From Eledone cirrhosa (Eukaryota), in assembly GCA_964016885.1 (NCBI GenBank), contig OZ024742.1:93682001-93746000 (forward strand): a stretch of DNA of 64,000 nt, read 5' to 3'. A program made the position numbers and the translations under genes. Below the pieces are notes generated by a model. The model saw only the letters and a list, made by a program, of their open reading frames with translations, had not been told where the DNA came from and searched no databases. This document shows, one piece after another, positions 27,794 to 39,585 of this stretch; positions within the stretch are counted from its first letter, which is position 1; every line of letters starts with the position of its first letter.

Positions 27794-28318
27794 TTTATTT
27801 TTATTTTTATTTTTATTTTTATTTTTATTTTTATTTTTATTTTTATTTTTATTTTTATTTTTATTTTTATTTTTATTTCTGCTTTATATATAGTAATAAT
27901 CTCATTATCTCTCCCCAAGTTCCGAAGATCTGCTCCATATTATTATTCTATGTTACTTATATTTCTCTGCACCAAATCAATAACTTTCTTACCATCGATT
28001 GATCCAGAAACATTATAAGGAGTAGTGAAACAATTGTAAACTGACATTACTATCCCCTTTCTATATTAAACTGCACTTAATGTTGATACTCTGTGACTAA
28101 TGTCTTCTATGTGAATTTGTGATCTTGATTTGCTTAACTACTGAATATTTCCAGCTCTGTACACTTAACCTCAGCATGAATCGAGTTTTCCAACTACTTT
28201 CCACTGCATATTGCACATCGAGCACCCGCTTTTAAGCTTTGGCTTCTAACACCGTCACCAATCTCTCCTATCCTACTTCTATCTCTCTATTTACGATTGG
28301 TTTACTCTTGAACTGTCT
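26840..28318 (+). mobile_element. 5'-truncated Penelope-like (Naiad-type) element: GIY-YIG remnant + pLTR
   Basis: CNCRNP..C.LNGRC..NIVYKC...FYI..T...FKVRY..H...CDLCLTE, homologous to the C-terminus of 31288-33453; ends at (TA)n; contains (TTTTTA)n at 27698-27878. Confidence 0.8.
27918..28042 (+). ncRNA. Type I hammerhead ribozyme variant
   Basis: agtt CCGAAGA t ctgctcc...ggagtag t GAAA caattg TA aact; 7-bp stem II closing a long loop, palindromic stem III. Confidence 0.7.
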
Positions 28319-28413
<95 letters not shown>

Positions 28414-28423
28414 AACCAGTAAG

Positions 28424-28517
28424 ACCCCGACAGCTGAGCTCAAGCCGTTTCGACGGCTAATTCTGGACTAAATGAAAATTTATCCTGGTATTTAAATAGC
28501 CGATCTTCTCAAGGGGT
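28424..28517 (-). ncRNA. Hammerhead ribozyme (U3-A8 variant), inverted pLTR copy
   Basis: rc of 31009-31102. Confidence 0.75.
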
Positions 28518-31008
28518 AATTCCATATATGGTCAAAGTGATTGTCAAAAATCAGTAGTAATTCTGTGGTTGCAAATTAGTAGGGGAGATGGTGGCTAAAC
28601 CTGCCAGTAGGAGAAAGAGGGGAGGGGGTGGAGTAGCCCCAATCAAGCGTTTGTAGTGCCAGCTACAGCTGGGCATGAGGTCAAAGAAGATACAGGGGAG
28701 GGGGGGGAGGGGGAGGAAGTCGGAACGGTCGGTAGAACAATGGGGGGTAGAAATAATACTGAGAGTGAAGAAAAGCAAATAAGTGTAAAGAAAAACAAAT
28801 GAGTGTAAAGAAAAAAGTAAAGTAAATTAAATTCTACGACCTAGGTCTCTAGCTATTGTTAGTCTAGAAAAAATAAATAAATAAAGAAAGAAGTAAAGAA
28901 ATAAATAAAGAAATAACGAAATAAGTAAAAGAACTAGGTGGGACGAAATAGGCGAGGACCCTTTTAAGAGGTATAAGTACGTAAATGATACGGTGACGGG
29001 TCAACAAAAGGGGCCAAAATACTAAAGAGACTACCACGAAATAAACAATAAAGGTTTCCATCCCGGGCACAATTCCGGCAACCACCCAGTGCAGCAAAGT
29101 GAACTAATACGAGATAATAATTCTGAGTCCCGAGAAAAATATATACTAATGCTAACTCTAAAAGATCTAAAACAAGCTACATGAAAGTCCGTACGAAGTA
29201 AAAGTAGAATACGGAAGGATAAATTCAGAATCCACCCCGCCCAAAAGAAAAGCGAAGAGAGAAATACTGAAACGAAAAAATAAGGCATAAGTGCCACTAA
29301 GAAATATAGAGGGCACAGAGAGTAGTGGGAGCGGTCGGAAAAAGGGGACAAGTATCCGGGGTCTAAACCAACTGCTATAAAGGGCGGAGTCCGCCAAATC
29401 TATCCTAGACTAGGGGAGGGGGTGGGGGTACTAAGGCTACAAGGGGCCAAAGGGCAGCCTCGGGTGGGCGAGAAAAGACGCCGACAATAGATGCAGAGAC
29501 CGTATTGTGATCTACCAGTGCAACGTGAGGACGGATACCTCCAACAAAGCCTATATAGGACTTACCGCATGTGACTTCAAGACCCGGCTATACCAACATA
29601 GACATACCTTCCGAAACCCGGCCCGGCGTCACGCCACTACACTTTCGGGCCACATATGGGACCTCAAGGACAATAACATCACCTATGATCTCACTTGGAG
29701 ATTACTGTCCAGAGCCAATTCTTACACGGGAGGACGCCGTCCGTGCAATTTATGCTCGGAGGAAACTTTACAAATGCTGTTTTCGACGGACCAACTCCTA
29801 AACAAGAAAGATGAACTGGTTACTGCATGTAAACATAGATTGCGTAGGACTTACCTCGCCCTCAAACCCCATAATGACCCGGGGGGTAGACTAGGGCTAT
29901 AACACCCCACTTGCCGATTTTGCAATGGGTAACCCCTGCTTGCCAAGGGAGACGTAAGATCTTCTTTGTATTCTTTTATCGCTTCCTTTATTTCCTTCCT
30001 TCCCCCCTCTCTCCTTAGTCCTTCTACCCCAGCTCTTCTCCTTTGTCGGCGTCTTTTCTCGCCCACCCGAGGCTGCCCTTTGGCCCCTTGTAGCCTTAGT
30101 ACCCCCACCCCCTCCCCTAGTCTAGGATAGATTTGGCGGACTCCGCCCTTTATAGCAGTTGGTTTAGACCCCGGATACTTGTCCCCTTTTTCCGACCGCT
30201 CCCACTACTCTCTGTGCCCTCTATATTTCTTAGTGGCACTTATGCCTTATTTTTTCGTTTCAGTATTTCTTTCTTCGCTTTTCTTTTGGGCGGGGTGGAT
30301 TCTGAATTTATTCTTCCGTATTCTACTTTTACTTCGTACGAACTTTCATGTAGCTTGTTTTAGATCTTTTAGAGTTAGCATTAGTATATATTTTTCTCGG
30401 GACTCAGAATTATTATCTCGTATTAGTTCACTTTGCTGCACTGGGTGGTTGCCGGAATTGTGCCCGGGATGGAAACCTTTATTGTTTATTTAGTGGTAGT
30501 CTCTTTAGTATTTTGGCCCCTTTTGTTGACCCGTCACCGTATCATTTACGTACTTATACCTCTTAAAAGGGTCCTCGCCTATTTCGTCCCACCTAGTTCT
30601 TTTATTTATTTCGTTATTTCTTTATTTCTTTCTTTACTTCTTTCTTTCTTTATTTATTTTTTCTAGACTAACAATAGCTAGAGACCTAGGTCGTAGAATT
30701 TAATTTACTTTACTTTTTTCTTTACACTCATTTGTTTTTCTTTACACTTATTTGCTTTTCTTCACTCTCAGTATTATTTCTACCCCCCATTGTTCTACCG
30801 ACCGTTCCGACTTCCTCCCCCCCCCCTCCCCTGTATCTTCTTTGACCTCATGCCCAGCTGTAGCTGGCACTACAAACGCTTGATTGGGGCTACTCCACCC
30901 CCTCCCCTCTTTCTCCTACTGGCAGGTTTAGCCACCATCTCCCCTACTAATTTGCAACCACAGAATTACTACTGATTTTTGACAATCACTTTGACCATAT
31001 ATGGAATT

Positions 31009-31102
31009 ACCCCTTGAGAAGATCGGCTATTTAAATACCAGGATAAATTTTCATTTAGTCCAGAATTAGCCGTCGAAACGGCTTGAGCTCAGCTGTCGGG
31101 GT
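31009..31102 (+). ncRNA. Hammerhead ribozyme (U3-A8 variant), 5' pLTR
   Basis: acccc TTGAGAA gatcggcta...tagccgtc GAAA cggcttgagctcagctg TC ggggt; predicted cut after C31097. Confidence 0.75.
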
Positions 31103-31287
31103 CTTACTGGTTCCTATTACCCACTCTACTACCTCAAGTATTGAGTACTTTGGTGCGTCATGGTCCACCTGGTTCCTTACCACATTTCCTTCGTTATCTA
31201 GCTCCTACCCCCGTAGTAGAGCACTTTCCGACCCTACCACGCCGTATCCAGACTTTTCCGCTAAGCCCAATTCATTTCACCCGCACC

Positions 31288-33453
31288 ATGCGAAAACACA
31301 ACATTGACTTCTCTACCAAGAACATCCCAATCCCACCGAAAAAACTTTACCTTCGGATGCTCACGCAAAAAATCGATCTATTTGCGAAAAGACTTAGATG
31401 GAGAACTTTTTTCTATGACAGATATTGCGACAACCAAGACTTCGGCACCAAGGAGAGATTCGGATTTATTACCTACAAATCTCCGCCCCTGAACCCCTTG
31501 CTCGCACCCTTCGAGAATGACCTCTTCCAACTGGTCAAGAACATTAAATTTAAACCCAGACACAACCGATTCCTACAAAAACTCCGTAGCAACTTAACAG
31601 AGTATGATAACACAAATGACATCATGGTGCATTCGGATAAAACTGGGAACCTATACTTTGTCAACCCTGACAGATACCACACACTGATCAGGAGCAGCCT
31701 AAACTCCACCTATAAAAAGGCCAACCGCTCTTGCATCGAGGACATAAATCGAGATGGACAACAAATTACCTCCAGCCTCGGGGTCGCCGACCGCACGGAA
31801 CCTCTAGACCCACGGACACCATACTTCACACTGAAGGACCATAAATCCGATTTTGACCGTAAACCCTCTATCAGGCTTATTAACCCAACGAAGTCCGACA
31901 TAGGGAGAATCAGCAAAAAAATCCTAGACCGCGTGATACCAAAAGTCAAGCAACACACCCGACTTAGCCTATGGATCAACACCCAGGAAGTAATCTCCTG
32001 GTTCAGCAATATGGAGGATAAACGAGAAGCTAAATTCATACAGTTCGACATAGAGAGCTACTATGCTTCAATCACCTTACCGCTACTTACTGCCGCCTTG
32101 GACTTCGCCGAAACACTTGTGCCCATCACCGACCAGGAAAGAAAAATCATCCTCCACGCCAGGAAGACAGTCTTACTCTTTGACGACTCTAAATGGATAA
32201 AAAGAGCTCCCGACTCACCCTTCGACGTCAGCATGGGCGCCACGGATTCGGCGGAGGTCACAGATCTTATAGGATTATTCCTAATAGCCAAACTCACTGA
32301 TATGTTTCCTGCATTCGGTGGTGGATTGTACCGTGATGATGGGCTCCTTACCCTTAAAGGGTACAACCCCAGTAGTACAGATCGGGTCCGGAAACAATTA
32401 ATCAGATTCTTCCGCGACTGGGGATTTAAAATAACCCTACAAACGTCCCTGACCAGAGTAAACTTCCTGGACGTGACCCTCGACCTCGAAAACGACCTGT
32501 ACTACCAATACAGGAAACCTAATGACAATCTGCACTACATACACCGCCGATCAAACCATCCTAGGAACATCACAAACAACCTGGTCAAAAACATCTCCCT
32601 CCGCATATCCCGTTTGTCAGCTAATGAGCGGATATTCTATGAACATGCGCCTTATTACAACCAGGCCCTCAAGCGGAGTGGTTTCCGGGAGGAAATATCC
32701 TACTGTCCAGCTCCCATTAGCGGAACCAGCAGGAGACACCGCCGCTCACGCAATGTAACATGGTTCAATCCTTCCCACAACGCAGAGGTGACAACTCCCA
32801 TCGGGAAACTATTCTTTAGGCTCATTGAAAAACACTTCCCATTACAACACCGCTACCACAACATAATTAACAAAAATACCATCAAACTCTCTTACAGCAC
32901 TACACCAAACTTCGCACAAAACATCGTCTCCTCTAACAACAAAAAACTCAACCCCGATGGCAGAAATAACCTAAATAGCAGTGGAGAACCGACCAGGAGG
33001 TGTAACTGCCCGGATAGATCTATTTGCCCACTCGACAATAGATGCAGAGACCGTAATGTGATCTACCAGTGCAACGTGAGGACGGATACCTCCAACAAAG
33101 CCTATATAGGACTTACCGCATGTGACTTCAAGACCCGGCTATACCAACATAGACATACCTTCCGAAACCCGGCCCGGCGTCACGCCACTACACTTTCGGG
33201 CCACATATGGGACCTCAAGGACAATAACATCACCTATGATCTCACTTGGAGATTACTGTCCAGAGCCAATTCTTACACGGGAGGACGCCGTCCGTGCAAT
33301 TTATGCTCGGAGGAAACTTTACAAATGCTGTTTTCGACGGACCAACTCCTAAACAAGAAAGATGAACTGGTTACTGCATGTAAACATAGATTGCGTAGGA
33401 CTTACCTCGCCCTCAAACCCCATAATGACCCGGGGGGTAGACTAGGGCTATAA
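31288..33453 (+). CDS. PLE reverse transcriptase + GIY-YIG endonuclease (721 aa from the first ATG; open frame from 31141)
   Basis: FSTKNIPIP N-terminus, DKT, QFDIESYY, MGATDSAEV, YRDDGL, VNFLDV, CNC-x5-CPL-x3-C, VIY/YIG, CNLC, LLNK; gcaccATG context; no stops. Confidence 0.93.
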   Translation: MRKHNIDFSTKNIPIPPKKLYLRMLTQKIDLFAKRLRWRTFFYDRYCDNQDFGTKERFGFITYKSPPLNPLLAPFENDLFQLVKNIKFKPRHNRFLQKLRSNLTEYDNTNDIMVHSDKTGNLYFVNPDRYHTLIRSSLNSTYKKANRSCIEDINRDGQQITSSLGVADRTEPLDPRTPYFTLKDHKSDFDRKPSIRLINPTKSDIGRISKKILDRVIPKVKQHTRLSLWINTQEVISWFSNMEDKREAKFIQFDIESYYASITLPLLTAALDFAETLVPITDQERKIILHARKTVLLFDDSKWIKRAPDSPFDVSMGATDSAEVTDLIGLFLIAKLTDMFPAFGGGLYRDDGLLTLKGYNPSSTDRVRKQLIRFFRDWGFKITLQTSLTRVNFLDVTLDLENDLYYQYRKPNDNLHYIHRRSNHPRNITNNLVKNISLRISRLSANERIFYEHAPYYNQALKRSGFREEISYCPAPISGTSRRHRRSRNVTWFNPSHNAEVTTPIGKLFFRLIEKHFPLQHRYHNIINKNTIKLSYSTTPNFAQNIVSSNNKKLNPDGRNNLNSSGEPTRRCNCPDRSICPLDNRCRDRNVIYQCNVRTDTSNKAYIGLTACDFKTRLYQHRHTFRNPARRHATTLSGHIWDLKDNNITYDLTWRLLSRANSYTGGRRPCNLCSEETLQMLFSTDQLLNKKDELVTACKHRLRRTYLALKPHNDPGGRLGL

Positions 33454-34561
33454 CACCCCACTTGCCGATTTTGCAATGGGTAACCCCTGCTTGCCAAGGG
33501 AGACGTAAGATCTTCTTTGTATTCTTTTATCGCTTCCTTTATTTCCTTCCTTCCCCCCTCTCTCCTTAGTCCTTCTACCCCAGCTCTTCTCCTTTGTTGG
33601 CGTCTTTTCTCGCCCACCCGAGGCTGCCCTTTGGCCCCTTGTAGCCTTAGTACCCCCACCCCCTCCCCTAGTCTAGGATAGATTTGGCGGACTCCGCCCT
33701 TTATAGCAGTTGGTTTAGACCCCGGATACTTGTCCCCTTTTTCCGACCGCTCCCACTACTCTCTGTGCCCTCTATATTTCTTAGTGGCACTTATGCCTTA
33801 TTTTTTCGTTTCAGTATTTCTTTCTTCGCTTTTCTTTTGGGCGGGGTGGATTCTGAATTTATTCTTCCGTATTCTACTTTTACTTCGTACGAACTTTCAT
33901 GTAGCTTGTTTTAGATCTTTTAGAGTTAGCATTAGTATATATTTTTCTCGGGACTCAGAATTATTATCTCGTATTAGTTCACTTTGCTGCACTGGGTGGT
34001 TGCCGGAATTGTGCCCGGGATGGAAACCTTTATTGTTTATTTCGTGGTAGTCTCTTTAGTATTTTGGCCCCTTTTGTTGACCCGTCACCGTATCATTTAC
34101 GTACTTATACCTCTTAAAAGGGTCCTCGCCTATTTCGTCCCACCTAGTTCTTTTACTTATTTCGTTATTTCTTTATTACTTTCTTTACTTCTTTCTTTCT
34201 TTATTTATTTTTTCTAGACTAACAATAGCTAGAGACCTAGGTCGTAGAATTTAATTTACTTTACTTTTTTCTTTACACTCATTTGTTTTTCTTTACACTT
34301 ATTTGCTTTTCTTCACTCTCAGTATTATTTCTACCCCCCATTGTTCTACCGACCGTTCCGACTTCCTCCCCCCCTCCCCCTCCCTGTATCTTCTTTGACC
34401 TCATGCCCAGCTGTAGCTGGCACTACAAACGCTTGATTGGGGCTACTCCACCCCCTCCCCTCTTTCTCCTACTGGCAGGTTTAGCCACCATCTCCCCTAC
34501 TAATTTGCAACCACAGAATTACTACTGATTTTTGACAATCACTTTGACCATATATGGAATT

Positions 34562-34655
34562 ACCTCTTGAGAAGATCGGCTATTTAAATACCAGGATAAA
34601 TTGTCATTTAGTCCAGAATTAGCCGTCGAAACGGCTTGAGCTCAGCTGTCGGGGT
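34562..34655 (+). ncRNA. Hammerhead ribozyme (U3-A8 variant), 3' pLTR
   Basis: Same motif; a C>T change in stem I keeps a G-U pair; predicted cut after C34650. Confidence 0.75.
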
Positions 34656-35229
34656 CTTACTGGTTCCTATTACCCACTCTACTACCTCAAGTATTGAGTA
34701 CTTTGGTGCGTTATGGTCCACCTGGTTCCTTACCACATTTCCTTCGTTATATATATATATATATATATAAATGAAAATAGAGAAATTAATGTAAGCAAAA
34801 AGCCGAAAATAATTCAGATATATAAGTGACTATAATATCAAGATGAAACATTTTTAACGTAAAATATGGGATAGATAATTCGATCTTAATTCAAAACAAG
34901 TCAAGAAGAAAAATGTTATCCTCAGACTTTGTGTAAGCTGGGGAAAAAAAACAATACAATCTTAACTCAAAATAAAATCAAGAAGAAATACTCAACCGTC
35001 AATTTGGGGAAATCTACAAATGCACTATATAGTCTTTATATATATACATAGGGAATAACAAAATATCGTTATAGGTAATCCAGTTAGAGGTTGTGAATAC
35101 TTCTTATTATGGATAGTTTTAGCGTACTCAACAAGAGGTTTACGTAAATGACGAGTTTATGATTTCACTTGTATTCCTATGTAAGTGGAGAATAACATGG
35201 TCAACAGTACAAAAAAAGGGGATTTATTT

Positions 35230-35341
35230 ACTATCTAACAATTGTTTCACTGATAAAGATGTCTAAAAATTGATGAACACTAGAAGCAGTGCCACTCAAT
35301 TTTAAATATGATGTTAGCTTGATCAGATCTTCGGAAACTGT
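35230..35341 (-). ncRNA. Hammerhead variant, inverted copy
   Basis: rc acagttt CCGAAGA t ctgat...atcag t GAAA caattg TT; stem I partly decayed. Confidence 0.6.
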
Positions 35342-38289
35342 TATACAAAATACAAAATATATATAACCGGCAAATTTACAAATTAAAATTACATCATCAA
35401 TAATAATATTAATAATAAAAATAGAGAGAGAAAAAAGGAGGAAGAAAGGGAGATAGATACAGTAAAGAAAGTATGATACAAGGAACTAATGACTTTATCC
35501 GTAGAATCAGATGGAAAGCATATCATTATGATAAAAGACATAATAATAGTGATAGAAATAATGGGCTTACCAGTGAAAAATATGGGTTTAGATCCTTTAA
35601 AAATCCACCAAGCAACCCACAACGTTGAACTTGACCTCATGAACATGATAAAAGAAATTAAATAAAAAAAAATGAACACATCATAACAAACTGCAAAATA
35701 ACATCAATGCACTACTAAAAAAATTGCGTAACACCAACGGTATTATAGTAAAGGCAGACAAAGCATCAAATGTATACACCATGAGCCTTAATACATACAA
35801 CAACTTAATACGCCGGGAATTACATAAAATACAAGAAAACTACAGAGTCTACACTCAATAGCATTAACAAGGAAGGTTTTAACATAGTAAAAAAACTTAA
35901 AATATCTGATAGAACCGAACCTCGAATCCCCTATAAACCCACCTTTAATCTGAAGGATCATAAATGTAACTTCGAAACTAACCCTACTATTAGATTAATA
36001 TGTCCATCAAAATCAGATATAGGCAGAATTAGCAAGTTTATACTAGTTAGAATAATACCCCAAATTAAAGAACAACTAGTAATCAAGCTCTGGGGTAACA
36101 TAAATGAAGCAATAGATTGGTTTAATAAATTAGACAATAGAGAATCTTCCGACTTTATACAATTTGACATAAATGACTACTACTCTTCTATTTCCCCAGT
36201 AACCCTCAATAAGGTACTATCCTTTGCACAAAAATACTTTGACCTTTCACCAGATGAAATTAAAATAATACTAGCTGCTAGAAGAACAATCATTAAATTC
36301 GACAATAGTTACTGGGAGCGAAAAAATAGACAGAATAACTTCGATATAATTATGGGATGAAATGTTTCAGCCCAAGTTACAGACATTGTCGGAATTTATA
36401 TAGCACATTTCTTACATAGGGAATTTGATAACCTACAAGGAGGAATCTATAGAGACGATACACTACTTTTAGCTAAAAACCTAAATAATCAAAACTTAGA
36501 AAAATTAAGGAAAAAGATTAGAAAATTCTTTAATAATTTAGGCCTTAACATCACTTTTGAACCCAACTCTAAAAAATCTAACTTCTTAGATGTATCGTTT
36601 AACCTTAACTCAGGACTAATAGAACCCTTCCATAAAATTAATAAAAATTTAGCTTACATTGATTATAATTCTAATCACCCTCGATCCATAATTAACTCCA
36701 TAGCACATAGTATATCCCTTAGAATCTCGCGCCTATCTTCTAAACTAGACAATTTTAACGAACACACTAACTACAACAACATAGCTTTACTTAAGGCAGG
36801 CCATAAAGAAAGACTCAAATACATACCAGATACAAAAAAATAACAACACACTTAATATTAATAGCACTATCCACACCTATAGAAACAACAAATATAGGAC
36901 TAGGCATAGACATTGGCAACAAGTACGTAAATTAAATGAACAGAATACTAATATAAAGACCACTAATAGCTATAGAAGATAAGAAATATAAACTACTTAT
37001 GGTTCATTCCAATGTTTAACTATTCTATAAAAACAAAATTACCTTACACTTTCTTCAAATAGATTGACAAACACTTCCCTAAAATTCATAAATATAAAAT
37101 CTTTATTAGAAAAACTATCAAACTATCATACTCCACTGCCAACAACATAGAAGCGCACATACATAAAATTAACTATAAAAGAATTTATAATACAAGTGGC
37201 CCGCAAATAAGTACCATAACACCAAATACAAAACATAAGCATATGACATCATCACAACCAAACACACGTCAGAACACAACACTACAATACATCAACAAAC
37301 CCAATTCTCAGCCCATACATAGCAACCTACAAAACCATATCGAAGAACCGGCGCATAGAAAAGCATCTAAATGTAACTGCCATCTACCTGACAAATGCCC
37401 TTTGCAAAATAGATGCCTAAAGACAAATACAGTATACCTATGTACTATAAATTCAAATGGCTTAGCATGGCATTACATTGGTTCCACAGCTGGGGAATTT
37501 AAGAAAAGGTGGTACGTACATAGACACTCTATGATTAACAGGAATCTCTTAAATACAACGACTCTCGCCAATAAAATCTGGCAACTCAAGGATGCAAACA
37601 TGGAATATAAAATCAGCTGGACGAAGTTATCAAAAGCAACGGCCTATCAAATTGGTATGTCCCACTGCGGTCTCTGTAATATGGAACTTTTCCAAATTTT
37701 AAATTACAACAAAATGCTTCTTAACATTAAAATTGAAAGAACTATTTTTTGCCCACATAAATCGGCGACCAAATTTCAGAACTTTAGACCAGTTTAATTC
37801 CATCTTATCTATTCCATAACCCAGATTGTACCACTTAGATCTATTGTAATATCACATTATCAGCATCATCATCATCATGATTATGACTATAATTATAATT
37901 GTCATCATCTATCAAAGAACAACATCAAAATCTCTTATATTTACACTCTTATTTTATATATCTCTATCTTTCACTCTCTATCTTTATATTTCTCTCCCTA
38001 AATTTATTTCATCTCTGACATTTATTTTATTATATAATATAACTTAAAACTAATTAATTAATTTATTTATTAAAATAACCAATACACACATAAACATATT
38101 TAACATTATCATATTTTTACCTTCATATCTCTCATATTTTAACAATTCTCAAAACCCACTCTCAATAATTTTAATGTTTAAATACTTTTCGTACATTTTT
38201 ACTTCTTTTACGTATTTACTTTCATTCTTCATTTTTCACATTTTATACCATTTTATATCACATTATATGTAATTTATTTATTTATTTAG

Positions 38290-38320
<31 letters not shown>

Positions 38321-38526
38321 TCTATTTTCTTATATATATTTTATATATTTTTTATATATATTTATTTTTATTTTATTTACATTTATTCATATATTAACGT
38401 TTATTCATTTATTGCTGATATCATTACTTTTCCCTTTATTTTTCTTTCTATCCTACATTACTTATCCTTATGCCTATCTTTCCTCTGTCTACAATCATTT
38501 CCATATATTTTCTTCTCTTTATATTT

Positions 38527-38632
38527 TCTTCTTCTTCTTCTTCTTCTTCTTCTTCTTCTTCTTCTTCTTCTTCTTCTTCTTCTTCTTCTTCTTCTTCTTC
38601 TTCTTCTTCTTCTTCTTCTTCTTCTTCTTCTT
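38527..38632. repeat. (TTC)n microsatellite
   Basis: Direct reading. Confidence 0.95.
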
Positions 38633-38772
38633 TCTTTCTTTACTGTATCTATGTCTCTTTCTTCCTCCTTTTTTCTCTCTCTACCTTTATTATTAATATT
38701 AAAATTGTTAAAATTGATGATGTAATTTTAATTTGTAAATTTGCCGGTTATATATATTTTGTAATTTGTATA

Positions 38773-38884
38773 ACAGTTTCCGAATATCTGATCGAGCTAA
38801 CATCGTATTTAAAATTGAGTGGCACTGATTCTAGTGTTCAGCAATTTTTAGACACCTTTATCAGTGAAACAATTGTTAGACTGT
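38773..38884 (+). ncRNA. Hammerhead variant (G8 mutated in this copy)
   Basis: acagttt ccgaata t ctgat...atcag t GAAA caattg TT agactgt. Confidence 0.6.
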
Positions 38885-38994
38885 AAATAAATCCCCTTTT
38901 TCTACTGTTGACCATTTTATTCTCCACCCTTTCAATTATATATATATATATATATATATATGGAATGTAGAGAAGTGACAGACGAGTTGATATA

Positions 38995-39395
38995 TATAAA
39001 AACAAATAGTAAAATGGAAAAACACAGTAGAAAATGCTAGAGGGTTTTTTTCAGTATAATTGTAGTGGTACAGTTGAAGCCAACAACTTAAACTGCTAGC
39101 TTCACTGTTGGTCAAAACTAACAGAGAACGAAAGGAAACTACGGACAAAAATATGAACTTTCCTCCCTAAATATGTATGTGAAAGCTAAACAAATGTTCC
39201 TCCATTTTATTATTATTCTTATTGATGTGTAATTTAACTCTACTATTCACTTCCATCGTTGAAAAGGCATACACAGCTGAAACTGGTACAATTAATTGCA
39301 GAATTCCCTACTTTGTAAATAAATATTTTGATGTTATACTGAAAAAATCCCTTTAGCATTTTCTACTGTTTTTCCCTTTTTACTATTTGTTTATA
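38995..39395 (+). mobile_element. Mini fold-back cassette with ~60-bp inverted ends and a minimal hammerhead (39255-39292)
   Basis: aaacaaatagtaaaa...ttcagtataa is inverted at 39333-39392; atcg TTGAAAA ggc-atacaca-gct GAAA ctgg TA caat. Confidence 0.6.
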
Positions 39396-39534
39396 TGTAT
39401 GTATGTATGTCTATATATATATATAGTAATAATAATAAAATTGAAGACTAAAATCCAAAGAGGGCTCGATAAGGAAAATATATATCAAATATATAAGAAC
39501 CGTAGAGCAAATATTTATTAAAATAACAGATTAA

Positions 39535-39585
39535 AGTTTAAGCAAAGAATCGCTGCTTTCACCCTTAACGGGATCTTCTGAAACT
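39535..39585 (-). ncRNA. Hammerhead variant, inverted copy
   Basis: rc of 42447-42497. Confidence 0.7.

Larger units (their letters stand above)
28411..34750 (+). mobile_element. Complete Penelope-like retroelement (Naiad-type) with an inverted 5' pLTR and tandem pLTRs
   Basis: Inverted arm 28411-29487; direct repeat 29482-31198 equals 33033-34750; intact ORF; (TA)n at both ends. Confidence 0.95.
35187..38935 (+). mobile_element. Second, decayed Naiad-type PLE with an inverted 5' pLTR
   Basis: 35187-35470 is the rc of ~38633-38926; RT motifs ADK, QFDINDYY, YRDD, NFLDV and a GIY-YIG ORF at 37243-37797; stops and frameshifts. Confidence 0.9.

Noticed and set aside
28551-30975. Small ORFs repeated in the three pLTR copies
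   Set aside because: Conserved only because the DNA is duplicated; pyrimidine-rich, non-ATG starts, no motif.
31141-31287. TTG-initiated N-terminal extension of the PLE ORF
   Set aside because: Eukaryotic context; the ATG at 31288 has a good Kozak context and directly precedes the conserved KNIPIP motif.
31288-33453. Selenoprotein coding in the intact PLE
   Set aside because: No in-frame TGA in the ORF.
34824-34929. Degenerate minus-strand hammerhead (aagt CTGAGGA t aacattttt...aaaaatgtt...gtc actt)
   Set aside because: GAAA is missing or mutated; plausible remnant only, not counted among the 20.
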